Shown here piece by piece: positions 17,059 to 32,499 of a stretch of 64,000 nucleotides of DNA (position 1 is the first letter of the stretch; each line of letters starts with the position of its first letter). The DNA is from the human T2T-CHM13v2.0 reference genome, Homo sapiens. Both the position numbers and the translations under genes were made by a program. Location of the stretch: NCBI RefSeq assembly GCF_009914755.1, contig NC_060928.1. The stretch is one strand, 5' to 3'. Under the pieces are notes generated by a model. It was not told the origin of the DNA, made no database searches, and saw only the letters and a list, made by a program, of their open reading frames with translations.

Positions 17059-18320
17059 CCTTAGGGGCTAATGCAGCTAGTGATTTTGAGTTGAAGCCTA
17101 TGCTCATTGACCATTTCAAAAATCTCTGGCCCTTAAGAATTATGCTAAATCAACTCTGCCTGAGCTGTATAAATGGAATAACAAAGCTTGGAGGACAGCA
17201 CCTCTGTTTACAGCATGATTTATTGCATATTTTAAGCCTATTGTTCAAAAAAAGATTTCTTTCAAAATATTATGGCTCATTGACCATGCACCTGGTCACC
17301 CAAGAGCTCTGATGGAGATATACAAAGAAATTAATGTTGTTCTCATGCCTGTTAACACAACATTTATTCTGCAGCTTATAGGCCAATGAATAATTTTGGC
17401 TTTCAAGTTTTATTATTTAAGACATATTTTGTGTAAGACCAAAATATATATAGCTGCCATAGATAGTAAATTGAAAAACTACTGGAAATAATTCACTATT
17501 CTAGATGTTATTAAGAACGTTTGTGGTTCATTAGAGGAGGTCAAAATATCAACATTAACAGAAGTTTAAAAGAAGTTGAGTCAGCCTTCATGGATGTCCT
17601 TGAGAGGTTCAAAACTTCAGTGAAGAAAGTGACTGCACATGTGGTGGAAATAGCAAGATGACGAATTAGAATTGGAGCCTGACAGTGTGACTGAAGTGCT
17701 GCAATCTCATGATCAAACTTGAACAGATGAGAAGTTGCTCCTTATGGATGAGCAAAGAAAGTGGTTTATTGAGATGTAATCTATGATGCTATGAAATTAC
17801 AAGAAAATATTTAGAATATTACATAAATGTAGTTGATAAAAGAGTGGCAGAGTTTGAAAGAATTGACTCCAATTTTTGAAAGTTCTACTGTGGTTAAATG
17901 CTATGAAATAGCATTGCATGCTACAGAAGAATATTTTATGAAAGAAATAATTAACCGTTGCAGCTAACTTTATTGTTTTATTTCAAGAAATTGCCACAGC
18001 CCTCTCAACCTTTAGCAACCATCACCCTGATCAATTAGCAACCATTAACACTGAAGCAAGATCTTCCTCCAGCAATGAGATTATTACTCAATGGATAGTC
18101 AGATAAGCATTATTATTTTTTAGCAACAAAGTATTTTTAAGTAAGGTATGTGTAATTTTTTAGACATAATACTATTGTACATTTAATAGACTACAATATA
18201 GTATAAACATAAATTTTATATGCATTGGGAAACCAAAAAAAAATTGTCTCGCTTTATTTTGATATTTGCTTTATTGCAGTAGTCTAGAACCATGCTTGTG
18301 ATAACTATGAAGTGTGCCTG
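17059..18320 (+). mobile_element. Tigger1 (TcMar-pogo) DNA transposon, right part with decayed transposase
   Basis: LGANAASDFELKPMLIDHFKN (Tigger1 DDE region, ORF 17019-17312); gcaaccatcaccctgatca; right terminus ...gaagtgtgcctg followed by TA (18321-18322). Confidence 0.92.
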
Positions 18321-19199
18321 TATATCATCTCCAACATTATCTTTAACTTTACTTAAACAGCATGTTGAGACTTCTTTGTCGTAGTATCCCACAACCATCT
18401 AGCACAGTTTTTAACACAAAAAAAAGGAGAAGAATTTTAGTAGGATTTTTAATCAAAAAGCAATGAGACATCTTTCTTCTTCTCTGAGCAAAGAAACTGA
18501 AAAATTGGCAAATTCGTAAGCAATATATAAAAGGTTGGGAAGTCTGAGAAAAAGCTTCTGTAAAAAGAGCTCTTTTAACAATATATTTTTACTTTCTACT
18601 CATGATGACAATAAGGGATAATCAGTTGTCCTCTCCTTTATTATCTCAGGCTTTTGAAATGAGTTATTTCACTTCATGGTCAAGCATTTTAAAGGTCTGA
18701 GTAGAGACTTAGGAAATGTTCCACAGGGGCAGGCAAAAAGAGTTTTGTCCATCAGTGGGCATCATAGAAAAAAACTTAGTCACAGCTATTATCCTTTGAG
18801 TTAGCCTTTCTTTTTTCTTTTTATCCAGTATGGTTGACAGTAATGATATAATCAAAACTTTTCTTTCTCATTTTTGGCCTTTGAGAGCATGCTTCCTCTA
18901 CCCTATAAAAGAGATATCATAAGCTACAAGCATGCAAAAATATCACATGACAAATGAGGATGTAGAAAATAAAGGAGCATTTTTTGCTAATTTTTTTGGT
19001 TTTTAAACTTAATTATCTTATGAGAATAAGGTGAACAAGGCTTCCTTGCTCTACCATGCTCAACTACTGACAATTCTTTCAATTCCTTGTGTTCACAGAT
19101 GCAGAGCTGTGCACATATGATACATATGCATTTATCATATAGTAAATGTTCAAAGTACCCCTGGCATGTGGGGGGAAAAGATGCTGACCTAAGTCATTT

Positions 19200-20610
19200 T
19201 GGAAATGAGTGGCTTAACAGTTCTGATACCGCTGTACATGTATACTGGAATTGAACAATTAAGTAATGGATGGTGAATGGTAAAAGCCAGGTTCCTCACT
19301 TCTGGAGTGGCAGTTGACCAACAAGCAAGGGGAGGAGGATGAATAATCCATGTGGTAATGGATTTGAGTTATAGACAACAGTATAAATTCATGTTTAGTT
19401 TAACATAGATACAGATGTTTATATATAAAATATTTACAGATATATGTATATACATAGGTTAGTATATACACATATACTTCTTTGTTAGCTGAGACAGCCT
19501 AGAAGCAATGACATCCCAGTAGCAATGGGAACACTTAATGTCTACATCTTGGTTTTTAATACTATTCTCCAATGAAAGAAACCAGGGCTTATTGGAGACA
19601 TGGCTGATCACAGATGGGGGGAGGAAATATGCAAGATGAATCTTAAAACTGTCATAGTGCTAGAAAAAAAGAAAGTGCTCAGAAAATAACTGCACAGTGA
19701 TGATAATATGACAAAATGACACAGGAGCCAATTGAAAGAGCTCCCAGTGGCCAAAGCTGGTACACTTTGAGCAGCAAAATACATAAAGTAGCATTGGGCT
19801 ATAAGCCAAGTGTAAAATAAGTATGTGTAAATACTGATATAAATAAATGACTGATTAATTAAGTGAAGGAGAAAGAAGAAACAAACTTTCCATGCAGAAT
19901 AACTTCAAATAATTTATGTAAAATCTACCCTTAAGGGAGAGGAGCATAACTTTTCACTCATAAAGTGTGGATTACGCATAAGTGATTTCTTTCCAAAAAG
20001 TACAGAACAAAAAGGGAAAAAAGAGTAACTTTAAGTTAAGAAACCTGACTGTGTATGCCAAATGATAATTGTCAACATCAACAGTGATAAGTCTTGTCAA
20101 TAGTAAATATTCTTTATATTATGTGATAAAAATGGAATTCTACATCTGTCATCTTCATCCTAAAAGCCCATAATCCCAATCTAATTATGAGTAAAACATC
20201 AGAGAAATCTCAATTGAGGGACAGTCTACAAAATACCTGACCAGTACTCTTCGAAACTTGACTAGTGATGATGTCAATATCATCAAGAACAGTCTGAAAA
20301 ACTGCTACAGCCAAGAGAAGCCTAAGTGGACATGACAGCTAACTGTAATGTGGTAGCCTGGATAGGATCCTGGAAGGAAAAAAAAAAAAAACTAGGTAAA
20401 AATTAGGAATAGCTAAATAAAGTATAGACTTAGTTAATATTACTGTATCAATATTGATTAATAAATTATAATAAATATACCATACACATATTACATATTC
20501 ATAATAGAGGAAACTGGAGACTGGGTGCAGGAATATGGAAACTCTCTGTACTATTTTCATATTTGTCTCTGTAAATTTCAAGCTATTTTAAAATAAACAA
20601 ATTTTTTTTA
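19200..20610 (+). mobile_element. Old L1M 3'UTR (L1MC/L1MD-like)
   Basis: tatactggaattgaacaattaagt, gagctcccagtggccaaagctgg, caaaatacctgaccagtactc, ggatcctggaa, ggaaactctctgtactatttt, aaaataaacaa. Confidence 0.8.
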
Positions 20611-20739
20611 ATGTCCTGGCCTGTTTGTGCAGAACTGCATAAATATTGCTGGCTCATTCTATCCTCAATTACACCTCAATGTTATTAACATGAATACAAT
20701 TATTTTTAAGGCATCATAAATCTTTGTGTTTCACCATCA

Positions 20740-23189
<2,450 letters not shown>

Positions 23190-23389
23190 ACAAAATAAAG
23201 GAAGGAGAACTAATGTCCATGTGAACAAGTAAATCTTACAGGTCTAGTAGATAAGGATACTTAAGACAAATCACGAGAAAAGTCCAAGGCTGCCATATTT
23301 AGTTACTTTACCCCGATACTTGTAGGCTACTCTCACAAGATCGTCCAATGTCAAATCAGCAATGTCCTCTGTCTTCTCTAAACTCTCAC

Positions 23390-23823
23390 CTGTGTCCCAG
23401 GGGAGAGTCTGCTGCCATCAGAATCTCTCGCTAGCTGAGTCTCAATTTAAAAACTATAGCTGAGTCTCAGTTTGCAAAGTATCAGTGAGAAGCACTGGCA
23501 GGAGATTCAGAAAACAAACAAGAGGATGACATTGTTATTCTTTTTCCACAGTGACAATCATTAGCAAGGATAAATGGCAGATGTAAGCATCACCTTCTGA
23601 GTCCTTCTTCCATTCTGCAGACAATTGAGATTATAGGCAGTGGTTTCCTAGGCATTACGTAGTTTCCTGATCTCTTGAATATTAGTGGTAGCTTTCCCTA
23701 AACTTCACTCCGTTCGTCCTTCCAAAGATTGTACAGGTATCCAATTTTTTTACATTAATTTCTTCCTGGTTGAACTATCTTGAGTGGTCTCTGTTTTACT
23801 AACAAAACTAACCAACTGACTCA
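23390..23823 (+). mobile_element. Possible old ERVL-class LTR (LTR33-like)
   Basis: 3' part ttaatttcttcctggttgaactatcttgagtggtctctgttttac...ctgactca resembles the LTR33 end. Confidence 0.4.
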
Positions 23824-24324
23824 ATTTGTTAGTAATTTGGTCAGTGCAATGGCTATCTTGTCAGAGTCATTGAATTTTTAAATACACTGCCTCACAATCT
23901 AGTAGTAATTTATTATATTTCCATACCAGAAAAAATTATTTAGTCTGATATACAGGAAACTGATATACACAAGAAGATATTACTCAATTCACCTTATTCT
24001 TTGGCTCCAAGAATTTAACCTCTGGTCCACATAAATTTTAACCCAGTCTTTTTATAATCACTCAGAGGTGCATCTTTTATTTTAGTAGTTAAGATTTCTG
24101 ATATATAATAAAATGGTAAGATCTCAAACTAATAATAGAATTGTTCAGTATTCTCCTACTGTCAAGTGTATCTAACATGACATTCACTGTCCTGTGGAGT
24201 AAAACCAGGTATTTCTACAAAATCTTTAGTGAATATATCCCAGAGTTCTTAAATTAAATGAGAAAATAAACTCTGTATAGATAAAACACAAATATTAAAA
24301 GAACAAAATCATTTATATTAGGAA

Positions 24325-24420
24325 AAAAGGATGTAAAATATCTAAATAATAATTTTTATATTGATTTCATGGGGAAATGATAATATTTTGGATGTATTAG
24401 GCTAAATAACATATTAATTT
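24325..24420. mobile_element. MER3/MER33-type hAT-Charlie fragment
   Basis: atgtaaaatatct...aataatttttatattgatt...aaatgataatattttggat...taaataa. Confidence 0.65.
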
Positions 24421-25131
24421 TTTTAAAAAAAAGAACAAAAAATTAAATCAGTCCATGGCAAGGCACTCTTTAAAACCACCTCTTTATGAGAGATCAAGGC
24501 ATATTTAGTTTTTCCCCAGACATTGGTGTAAGGAAATAAGTTGTGTTCACAAATTCCAATTCTGAAGCATACAAGTGAAATAAAGTGGTATTCAGTCCTT
24601 AAACAATAGGAGCCATCATCTGAAAAAAGGAAGAGAGGGTAAAGAGAGAAAAAAAGGATAGGGATTAAAGTAAAAAAGACCAGAATGGGAATGGTGAAAG
24701 AGAAGGGGAAAAAATTATAATACAGAAAGAAAAAATATTTTCATTTTCTTTGACGGTGGTTGTGACACACAGTTAAAGGCAGCTACTGTGAAAAAACACT
24801 CAGGTATTCACTACGGAATTCACTCCTTGCCCAGAGCTCTTCCATTTTGGAGTGTATCTTATTAGAAACATGCTCTAAACAAGATAGAAAAAGTGGCCCT
24901 ATCTCAATGAAAAAGAAACTAGATACAGGGTCTTTTAAGCAGACATAGAAATTTATTTTTATTTCTCCATCTGTTTGTTAGAGCTTCACAAAAAGTTAGG
25001 AATGCTTATCTGTAACCAGAAAGAAATATGTGGTTCCACATAAATAAAGCTAATTGTTTGATTTTTTAATTTTATTTTGGAAAGAAATGCAAGTCTTACA
25101 CTTCTGTTGAGGGAATATAGAAGAAGAGAAA

Positions 25132-25576
25132 TGTGATAGTTAATACTGAATGTCAACTTGATGGGATTGAAGGATGGGAATTATCATTCCTGGGTGTGTC
25201 TGTGAGGGTATTGCCGAAGGAGATTAACATTTGAGTCAGTGGGCTGGGAAAGGCAGACCCACCCTTAATCTGGGCAGGCACCATCTAATCAGCTGCCAGC
25301 GTGGCTAGAATATAAAGCAGGCAGAAAAAAAACATGGAAATACTAGACTGGCTTAGCCTCACAGCCTACATCTTTCTCCTCTGTTGGATGCTTCCTGCCC
25401 TCGAACACTGGACTCCAAGTTCCTTGGTTTTGGGACGCGGACTGTCTTTCCTTGCTCCTTAGCTTGCAGATGGCCTATTGTGACACCTTGGGATCGTGTG
25501 AGTTGATACTTAACTCCCCTATATATATCTATCTATCCTATTAGTTCTGTCCCTCCAGAGAACCTTGACTAATACA
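25132..25576 (+). mobile_element. MLT2A1-like (HERV-L) solo LTR
   Basis: tgtgatagttaatactgaatgtcaacttga...gggtgtgtctgtgaggg...ggcagacccacccttaatctggg...gagaaccttgactaataca; 445 bp; TSD agaaa/agaac. Confidence 0.93.
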
Positions 25577-26014
25577 AGAACTAACAAAAACAAACATTTT
25601 ACTGACAAATGGTATGCAGCTATTTTTAACAGATAACAAAATAAATAACAATTATAGAACCATTAATCACTCTTGAATAGTAATGGTTTTCTCTTGAGTT
25701 ATTTAGTCAAGCCAAGACTCTCTTACTCTACCTAAGATAAATTATTGACTTTGCTTCTACAGTATTACATGAATTTCCCCAGAAAGATTTGCTTTCATTT
25801 AAAATTCTAGCATACAAAATTACTTATTATTCTTTGGCATGAAAATTATACATTATATATCAATTATAATTAGTGAGATCAGACAACTGAGAATATATCA
25901 GGTAAGTTTTACAATACCAGTGTCTACAAAGCAGGCACTCAAATACTTAAATGTTAATAAACCCCTCTAATTGTGATTAGAATAGTTATTATCTATTAGA
26001 ATAACTAATAGATA

Positions 26015-26170
26015 ATTAGTTAACATACCTAAATTCATGATATGCTTATTATAGCAGAGGTGTTTTAGAATCATTATCTTGTTTAAGTCTCAAAGCTATC
26101 ATATAAGGTAAATTGTTTATTACTTCCATTACACAAGTATGGAAACATACACAGGGAGATTAAATAACAA
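26015..26170 (-). mobile_element. MIR remnant
   Basis: cattatcttgtttaagtctc ... tattacttccattacacaagtatggaaac ... gagattaaataac. Confidence 0.5.
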
Positions 26171-26634
26171 AAACACACAATCCTCCCTGCTCTTTAGCCA
26201 AAGTCTAAGACTTTTTTTCTCTAAGATAATAATCTAGAACAGATGTTTGAAGAGATGCAGAGATAGGTCTGGTACCAAACTGTCCAGTCTTCAAAGATGG
26301 TTTCAAAATGAGATGAAATTCCATTAAACTATGTTAAATCACTAACATACTTTTTACACCACTGCTCTATGAAGAATTTACTTCTAGAATTCTAGTGGAT
26401 CAAGGAGTTAAACAGTGAATCAGTTAATTTACAACTAAAAAAAAAACTGAACCTCCAGATAGAAAAATTTGATGCTATTACCCTTATTTTTAAAATTTTT
26501 TCGAAATGGTACAAATAAATTATATTTTATAGAAGCAAGCAAAATCTTCCTCATGTTCTCTTCTCTATTTTCCCTAAAAAGGGAGCTCTGGCTGGTCATT
26601 TGGGAGAATTAAAACTTATTTCCCATTTTTAATA

Positions 26635-26708
26635 AGTTACTACACCTTAAAACTTACTACACATATCTTTGAGTTACTACACCTGAAAAGTTACTACACA
26701 TATCTTAG
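26635..26708. repeat. 37-bp tandem duplication built from four ttactacac cores
   Basis: agttactacaccttaaaacttactacacatatctttg / agttactacacctgaaaagttactacacatatcttag (34/37 identical). Confidence 0.92.
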
Positions 26709-28134
26709 AATGCACAGATATAATGCACACTTAACTAAAAGTACTTTATCTTTTACCTCTCTTGTATTTTTCCAAGGCTCCTTTTCCAGGAAATAATTAT
26801 TTATAGTAGCAAATCTGAAGCACCAAATCTTCTGTCTCATGCTAATTGTTTTGATCATTTGCCACTATTTATTTAGATGAGAAGATGAATAATGTTTTAT
26901 AAATGTTTGTGTGTGTGTTTGTGTATGAATTAAGTATGAATTAGTGTCCCAGATTTCCTAGGGAAGAGAAAATATCCTGAGATTGTCAACCCATCTGGTA
27001 ACACACTGAATGTTAATTTGATATGTCAAAAATACTATGCTATTCTAGTCAGGCATTTCTGAAATATTCCATTATCACCATTAAGTTTCTCTCAAATTAA
27101 ATAACTAGATTAATTGCCTGGCTTCTATTGGCCTACCTAACCTACTTGTAGGGGAACATACGCTTGTATCTGAAAGGCTATGTAAATGAGGTTTGAATAG
27201 ACGGGCCTGCAGTTCAACTTACTAGAGAAAAATGTATTATTCTCTTCATCAACTTGGAAAAAGAAAGTCTCGATGTCTGTTCTGGTTTCAGAAACTCCCT
27301 AGAGCAGAACTCCTGCTGCTTTTAGAAAGATGTTTCTAATTGATTTTGATACCTATTGAATAAAAACATCAGTGATTCATTCAGAGAGTAAATAATTGTC
27401 ATTCTTCATTCATACAGGCAGGATGGACATTTAGGTTAGGCAATGTAGTTTGAGGAAAGCTTAAGAGGAATAAATCCTTTCTTGTTTCATATAAACTCTG
27501 AACTTATATTTCACTTTAATCAACAAGCTCTTTGTCCTTCATTATCTCTCCTAGATATCTTCTTTTTTCCTTCTTTTCATCTCTTTTTGATAGACAGTAA
27601 GGTTAGTGTTAGCATTTTCACTTCTTAAAAAGAGGGATTCCTTTTTATTGGTTTTTAAAACGTAAAGCACTAACCTTTAGATGTTTGCCTGATAAGTCAT
27701 AATAATAAGTCATTTGCCCTCTAGAGACCCAGAACTAATTTGAGAATCTTTTCATCTCTGACATAAATCTTGGCTACTTCAGTTTCCCAGAGAATTTGGG
27801 AACCAAAAATGGTTTGGAAAAGAAAGAAAGCACTACGCCACTGCTCTGCACTGAAAATGCACTTTTAAATTCTCACAGGGTTATTTCTAACAGGCTAAGG
27901 TTTGACAAAAGCAATATTTTCTGAGCAGTTAGAAATAGGAAATAAGATATATTTAGAATTATTTAGGCCTAAGTTGGCAATTTAATTGTGGGGGCTATAA
28001 ACACTGTCTCCTTTCTTAAAGTGAATTAGCAATTATAAGAATCAAAATATGATCAATATTGATGGAAAGTACAAGCATATCTGATTTATTAAATCTTGTT
28101 TTCCAGAGATGTCTACTTTGTTTCCCTCCTACAG

Positions 28135-28190
28135 GAGGGGTTACTTTAACTCTAAGAATAAGCAAGAAAAAAGCATCCACAGCAAGAATG
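28135..28190 (+). other. Candidate 56-nt exon (unverified)
   Basis: Acceptor ctactttgtttccctcctacag|G and donor ATG|gtaagg, in non-repeat sequence. Confidence 0.3.
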
Positions 28191-28639
28191 GTAAGGACAT
28201 GTTAAGTTTCCAAAGGTTTGAGGAACCTTAGGGAGGAAATTGACTTAGAAATCTCCTATCCTAATTTCTACTCTGTCCAATTTTAACAAGACTGTACTGA
28301 ACACCATCAGCCAAGCATTGCCAGAACAGTGGGTGTCACACATGTGATTCTCACTATTCCCCAAGGGTCTTTGGAATTGTTCTATTTTTTAAAAAGGAGA
28401 GAAAGTACAATACCTCTTTGCCTTTTTATTGTTTTACAATATCCTTAAGAGAAAGGCAAAGTTATCCCATGTGTTTCTTTGACAAAAAAATGAAAATTAA
28501 TGATTAATATTGATTCTATCTATGTCAGGTATTTTTGCATTAGATTATAGTATATGCAATTTATTCCACTCAACCATTCACTTACAATAACATTTTCCTT
28601 CATTTATAATTTTTAAAAATTATATTTGCCTTAATAAAT

Positions 28640-28805
28640 GTAACTTTTCAGACATTCTATCCTACAAGCCAATTTTATACCAATTTACAGTTGATAAAAC
28701 TAAAATGAAAAGGAGTTAAATGCCTTGTCCCCAAAGAATAGCAAGCTAGCTACAGTGGCAGAAATAGAAACCAAGCTCCTGACCCTCAATCCAGTATTCC
28801 AGTTC
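28640..28805 (-). mobile_element. MIR remnant
   Basis: atttacagttgataaaact ... gagttaaatgccttgtcccc ... cagtggcagaaatagaaaccaagctcctgacc. Confidence 0.6.
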
Positions 28806-29129
28806 ACACTGAAAGTCTAAATTATTAAAAACAGTTATAGGGAAGAAGTACTCTTATGGGACTATGCAGTTGAAATAGGACAATTGTCTTTGGGTAAATC
28901 TACAGTTGGAAAAGAACTTGATTCTCATTCAAGTTATATTATAATTAAATAGTAAAGAGATGTATGTCTTCTACAGAAGGATATTATAAAATTATTTAAA
29001 TATTAGTTACAGCAGGACACAATAGTTTTTTTAATATCAAAATAGCAATCTAAGTCAAAGCAGCAATGGATAATAGCTGCAATGATGATAAATCGCCCTA
29101 GTGTGTTAAAACATACAAAATGTATAACT

Positions 29130-29270
29130 TATTAGCATGAGATCACTAATATTTTACAAATGAGGAAAATAAAGCCTGAAAAAAGATTAAATTAATTCAT
29201 TAGCATCATGCTGATGAAGAATGACATACTTGTGACCTGAACATGTTCTTTTGATTTTAAATCTGGTGCT
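29130..29270 (-). mobile_element. MIR remnant
   Basis: attttacaaatgaggaaaataaagcctgaaaaaagattaaatta core. Confidence 0.5.
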
Positions 29271-29554
29271 GTTATTGAGTAGAATACTCATTTACTTGCT
29301 TTATACTTAATATCATAAGATCAATAGTAACACTTATAAATTACACATAAATAATTAAGGCAATTCGTATGTAGAGATAATGCTTGGAAGTTGCCAATGT
29401 TTGTTTCATCTGTAATAGGAAGGGGAAACAAGGAAAAAACTAATTCATACAACGACTTAAGATCTGAAGGACAATAATAGAAATAATCAATCATATTTCC
29501 AAAGAAAAATGAATTATGAGCAGAACCACTGCCCAGCTGGGAGATTTAGGAACA

Positions 29555-29610
29555 TTTATTTCAACCAACATTTATTGAGCACTGTTAGATGCCAGGTTCT
29601 GGGAGATTCT
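29555..29610 (-). mobile_element. LINE-2 3' end fragment
   Basis: ttcaaccaacatttattgagcactgttagatgccagg. Confidence 0.55.
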
Positions 29611-31115
29611 TTGCTTCACATGGCACTCCAGCCCTATCTGCTTTGTCTTAGAAGACACAACCCTCATTAAGGCTTAGGTCTGTTTTATCTGCAGTGATGG
29701 GTGGGGATACACCTAGGCCTGTCACATTCACACAAATTATCACTAATAAAGCATCAAGTCTTAATGGGACAACAATTACTGAGTCAAAAATCTAAGGTAA
29801 GGGTCTCGGCAGGCTGGCAAGGGAAGATTCAGCAAATCTGGGCAACACCACAAAGCCTTCTTACCCAGTGAGATAGAAGCATGAAGTGGATTGGTTAATA
29901 GAAGATTATTTAAAATAACTATTCACAAAAGAGGTATACACATATGCTTTTATTTTTTATTACATTTATTTACAATCTTTTGGTTGTCAGGTCCAAGACT
30001 TTTCTTTGGGTAAACATCCAAGAGCAGACTCTCTGTCTTTCTTGCATCAACCACACTCAGAATGTATTATCTAAGATTTCTAGTTTGTGGCTTCTAAAAG
30101 TAGAATAAGGACATAGAGACCTTTAAAGGCAACTTGACCTCACAGAATCTCCCCTTGGATTTCAAGTTTTTCATGACTTTCCTTCTGTTATTTCAGAGTC
30201 ATCTAATGCACACCTATTTTGAAAGTGTTTTTAAGTCTTCGAAAATATTGAACTTAATTTTCATGTTTTTTTCCAGTTCATATTTTACCATTTTTGGAAA
30301 GAGGTAAATTACATAATTATAAAAGCAATTCAACCAGCATAGCAGGTTTAATTGCTAACAGGGTTGACTTGTGGTAAGGCTCGTAAGAGCAGAAGTGCAT
30401 GGGTATGCAGAAGTTGCACACTAGTGGCAAGCATTCAGTAAGTTGTGGGTATCAGTCAGTATTAAACAAAGGGAAAGGAAAGCATCAATTAGTCCAAATG
30501 AAGGACTCAACTCATGATGTCCAATGCAAGATGCCACAATGCAATTACTTCAATAGAGAAACTCAGTAGTCTGCAGTCTTCTATCAAGGTCAACTCTTAG
30601 AGCTAGCTCAGCTTTCCTGGGTCTTATGAGTTAGAGTTTGCTTATAGGAACTCTGATTTCCCTGAAAGAAAAATATTATCTTTACTTAGGCTGAAATCTT
30701 CAGTGTGACAAAATAATCTTCTGGGTGCCTCAGAAATATGCTTGGGGAGCTTTTGCAGTTTATTGCTGAATGTAGTGTCCTCAAAACACATGTTCATTTC
30801 ATAATTATTATATTCAGACTGTGTCCATAAGAGATAACACTGTTGACCCTAAATTTAGAAATATTTAGTGTTTGGGAACACCAGAATAGCAATATAAATA
30901 TAAAATATTTGCAGAAATATTGTTCATAATACCTTTCTAGACCATAAAAACCATTGTTGTGTTTTCCAGTTCACTAAATTAAATACTAATAACCTTTTCT
31001 ACCATGCTTCCTGAAAGCTTTTCAACATGACAAAATTCCAAATTGCAGAAGCTTTTAGGCAGAAAATTGTTAAACAAAATATTCAGTATTTATCATGAAG
31101 TAAATTCTCTAAGAA

Positions 31116-31237
31116 CCGAGCATGATGATGTGTGCCTGTAATCCCAACTACTCACGAGGATGAGGTAGAAGAATGGCTTGAGCCTAGGAGTTTGACAGCA
31201 GCCTGGGCAACATAGCAAAGCCTCATCTGAAAAAAAG
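31116..31237 (+). mobile_element. Free left Alu monomer (FLAM)
   Basis: Single ~120-bp monomer tgcctgtaatcccaactactc...gcttgagcctaggagtttga...gcctgggcaacatagcaa ending in an A-run. Confidence 0.85.
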
Positions 31238-31799
31238 TATGGAAATTCCCTAAAGAACCCAGCAGTCATAAAAGTTTCCTGATGAAAATATGCTTCATCC
31301 ATGATATGATTCATAAAAGCTTGTGAATCTCTGGTTCCCAGAAGGTAATCAATCAAAGCCCATTATATACAAAGTGCTCCAGTTTTTCCTTAGTGCTCTA
31401 ATGGAGCTTATGTTTGTTTTTAAATTCCAATAAGCTAAAGAGCACATATGTATACTTTCAATGCTGTCAACAAGATTTACTGTCATTTTTAAATGGTCTT
31501 TTAAAAGATTTGTCTAAGTGAGTGAAATCTTCCAATTTAGAGCCATTTTTCTAACTGAAATAAAAGCCAAAAGATATATTTTCTCCTTAAGCATTAAATT
31601 TCCTTAAACATCGAGTTCTATGTCTAACATATAATTTTGAAAAGTCATTATTTTATAGAATTAAAAGTAAAGCAGTAACTTTTTGAGGCACACAATAATG
31701 TTTTGGGTTCACATAATATAGAAGTTTAACTGTAGTAAATGCTGAATAAATGCCAAGATTGTTTCTGTGTGTAAATGCAGTGGACAAATACATTCATTT

Positions 31800-31945
31800 A
31801 ATAGCTAAAGGATGTGCGGCTTAATGCCTCGGTGATGGGTTGACAGGTGCAGCAAACCACCATGGCACACATTTACCTATGTAACAAACCTGCGTGTTCT
31901 GCCCATGTATCCTGGAATCTAAAATAAAATGAAATTTTAAAAAAT
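31800..31945 (+). mobile_element. Short L1PA (older, ~PA12-16) 3' end
   Basis: ggtgatgggttgacaggtgcagcaaaccaccatggcacacatttacctatgtaacaaacctgc followed by an A-rich tail. Confidence 0.88.
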
Positions 31946-32029
31946 TCACTCAACAAGCACTAATAAAACAAGCCTTAATAAATGTACAGACGGTATTAAG
32001 TCTATTGGAAATGGTACCACAATGTGTGA

Positions 32030-32480
<451 letters not shown>

Positions 32481-32499
32481 ATACATTGCATTTTCATGA

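Noticed and set aside
19115-19140. Short inverted repeat atatgata...tatcatat
   Set aside because: An 8-bp AT-rich stem is expected by chance in 64 kb.
26635-26708. Repeat-spacer-like pattern reminiscent of CRISPR
   Set aside because: The 9-bp cores have 9-10-bp spacers that are themselves duplicated; this is primate DNA with no cas genes.
27851-27868. ctgaaaatgcacttttaa nearly matches the L1 TSD region at 7035-7051
   Set aside because: A short AT-rich match with no associated element; compatible with chance.
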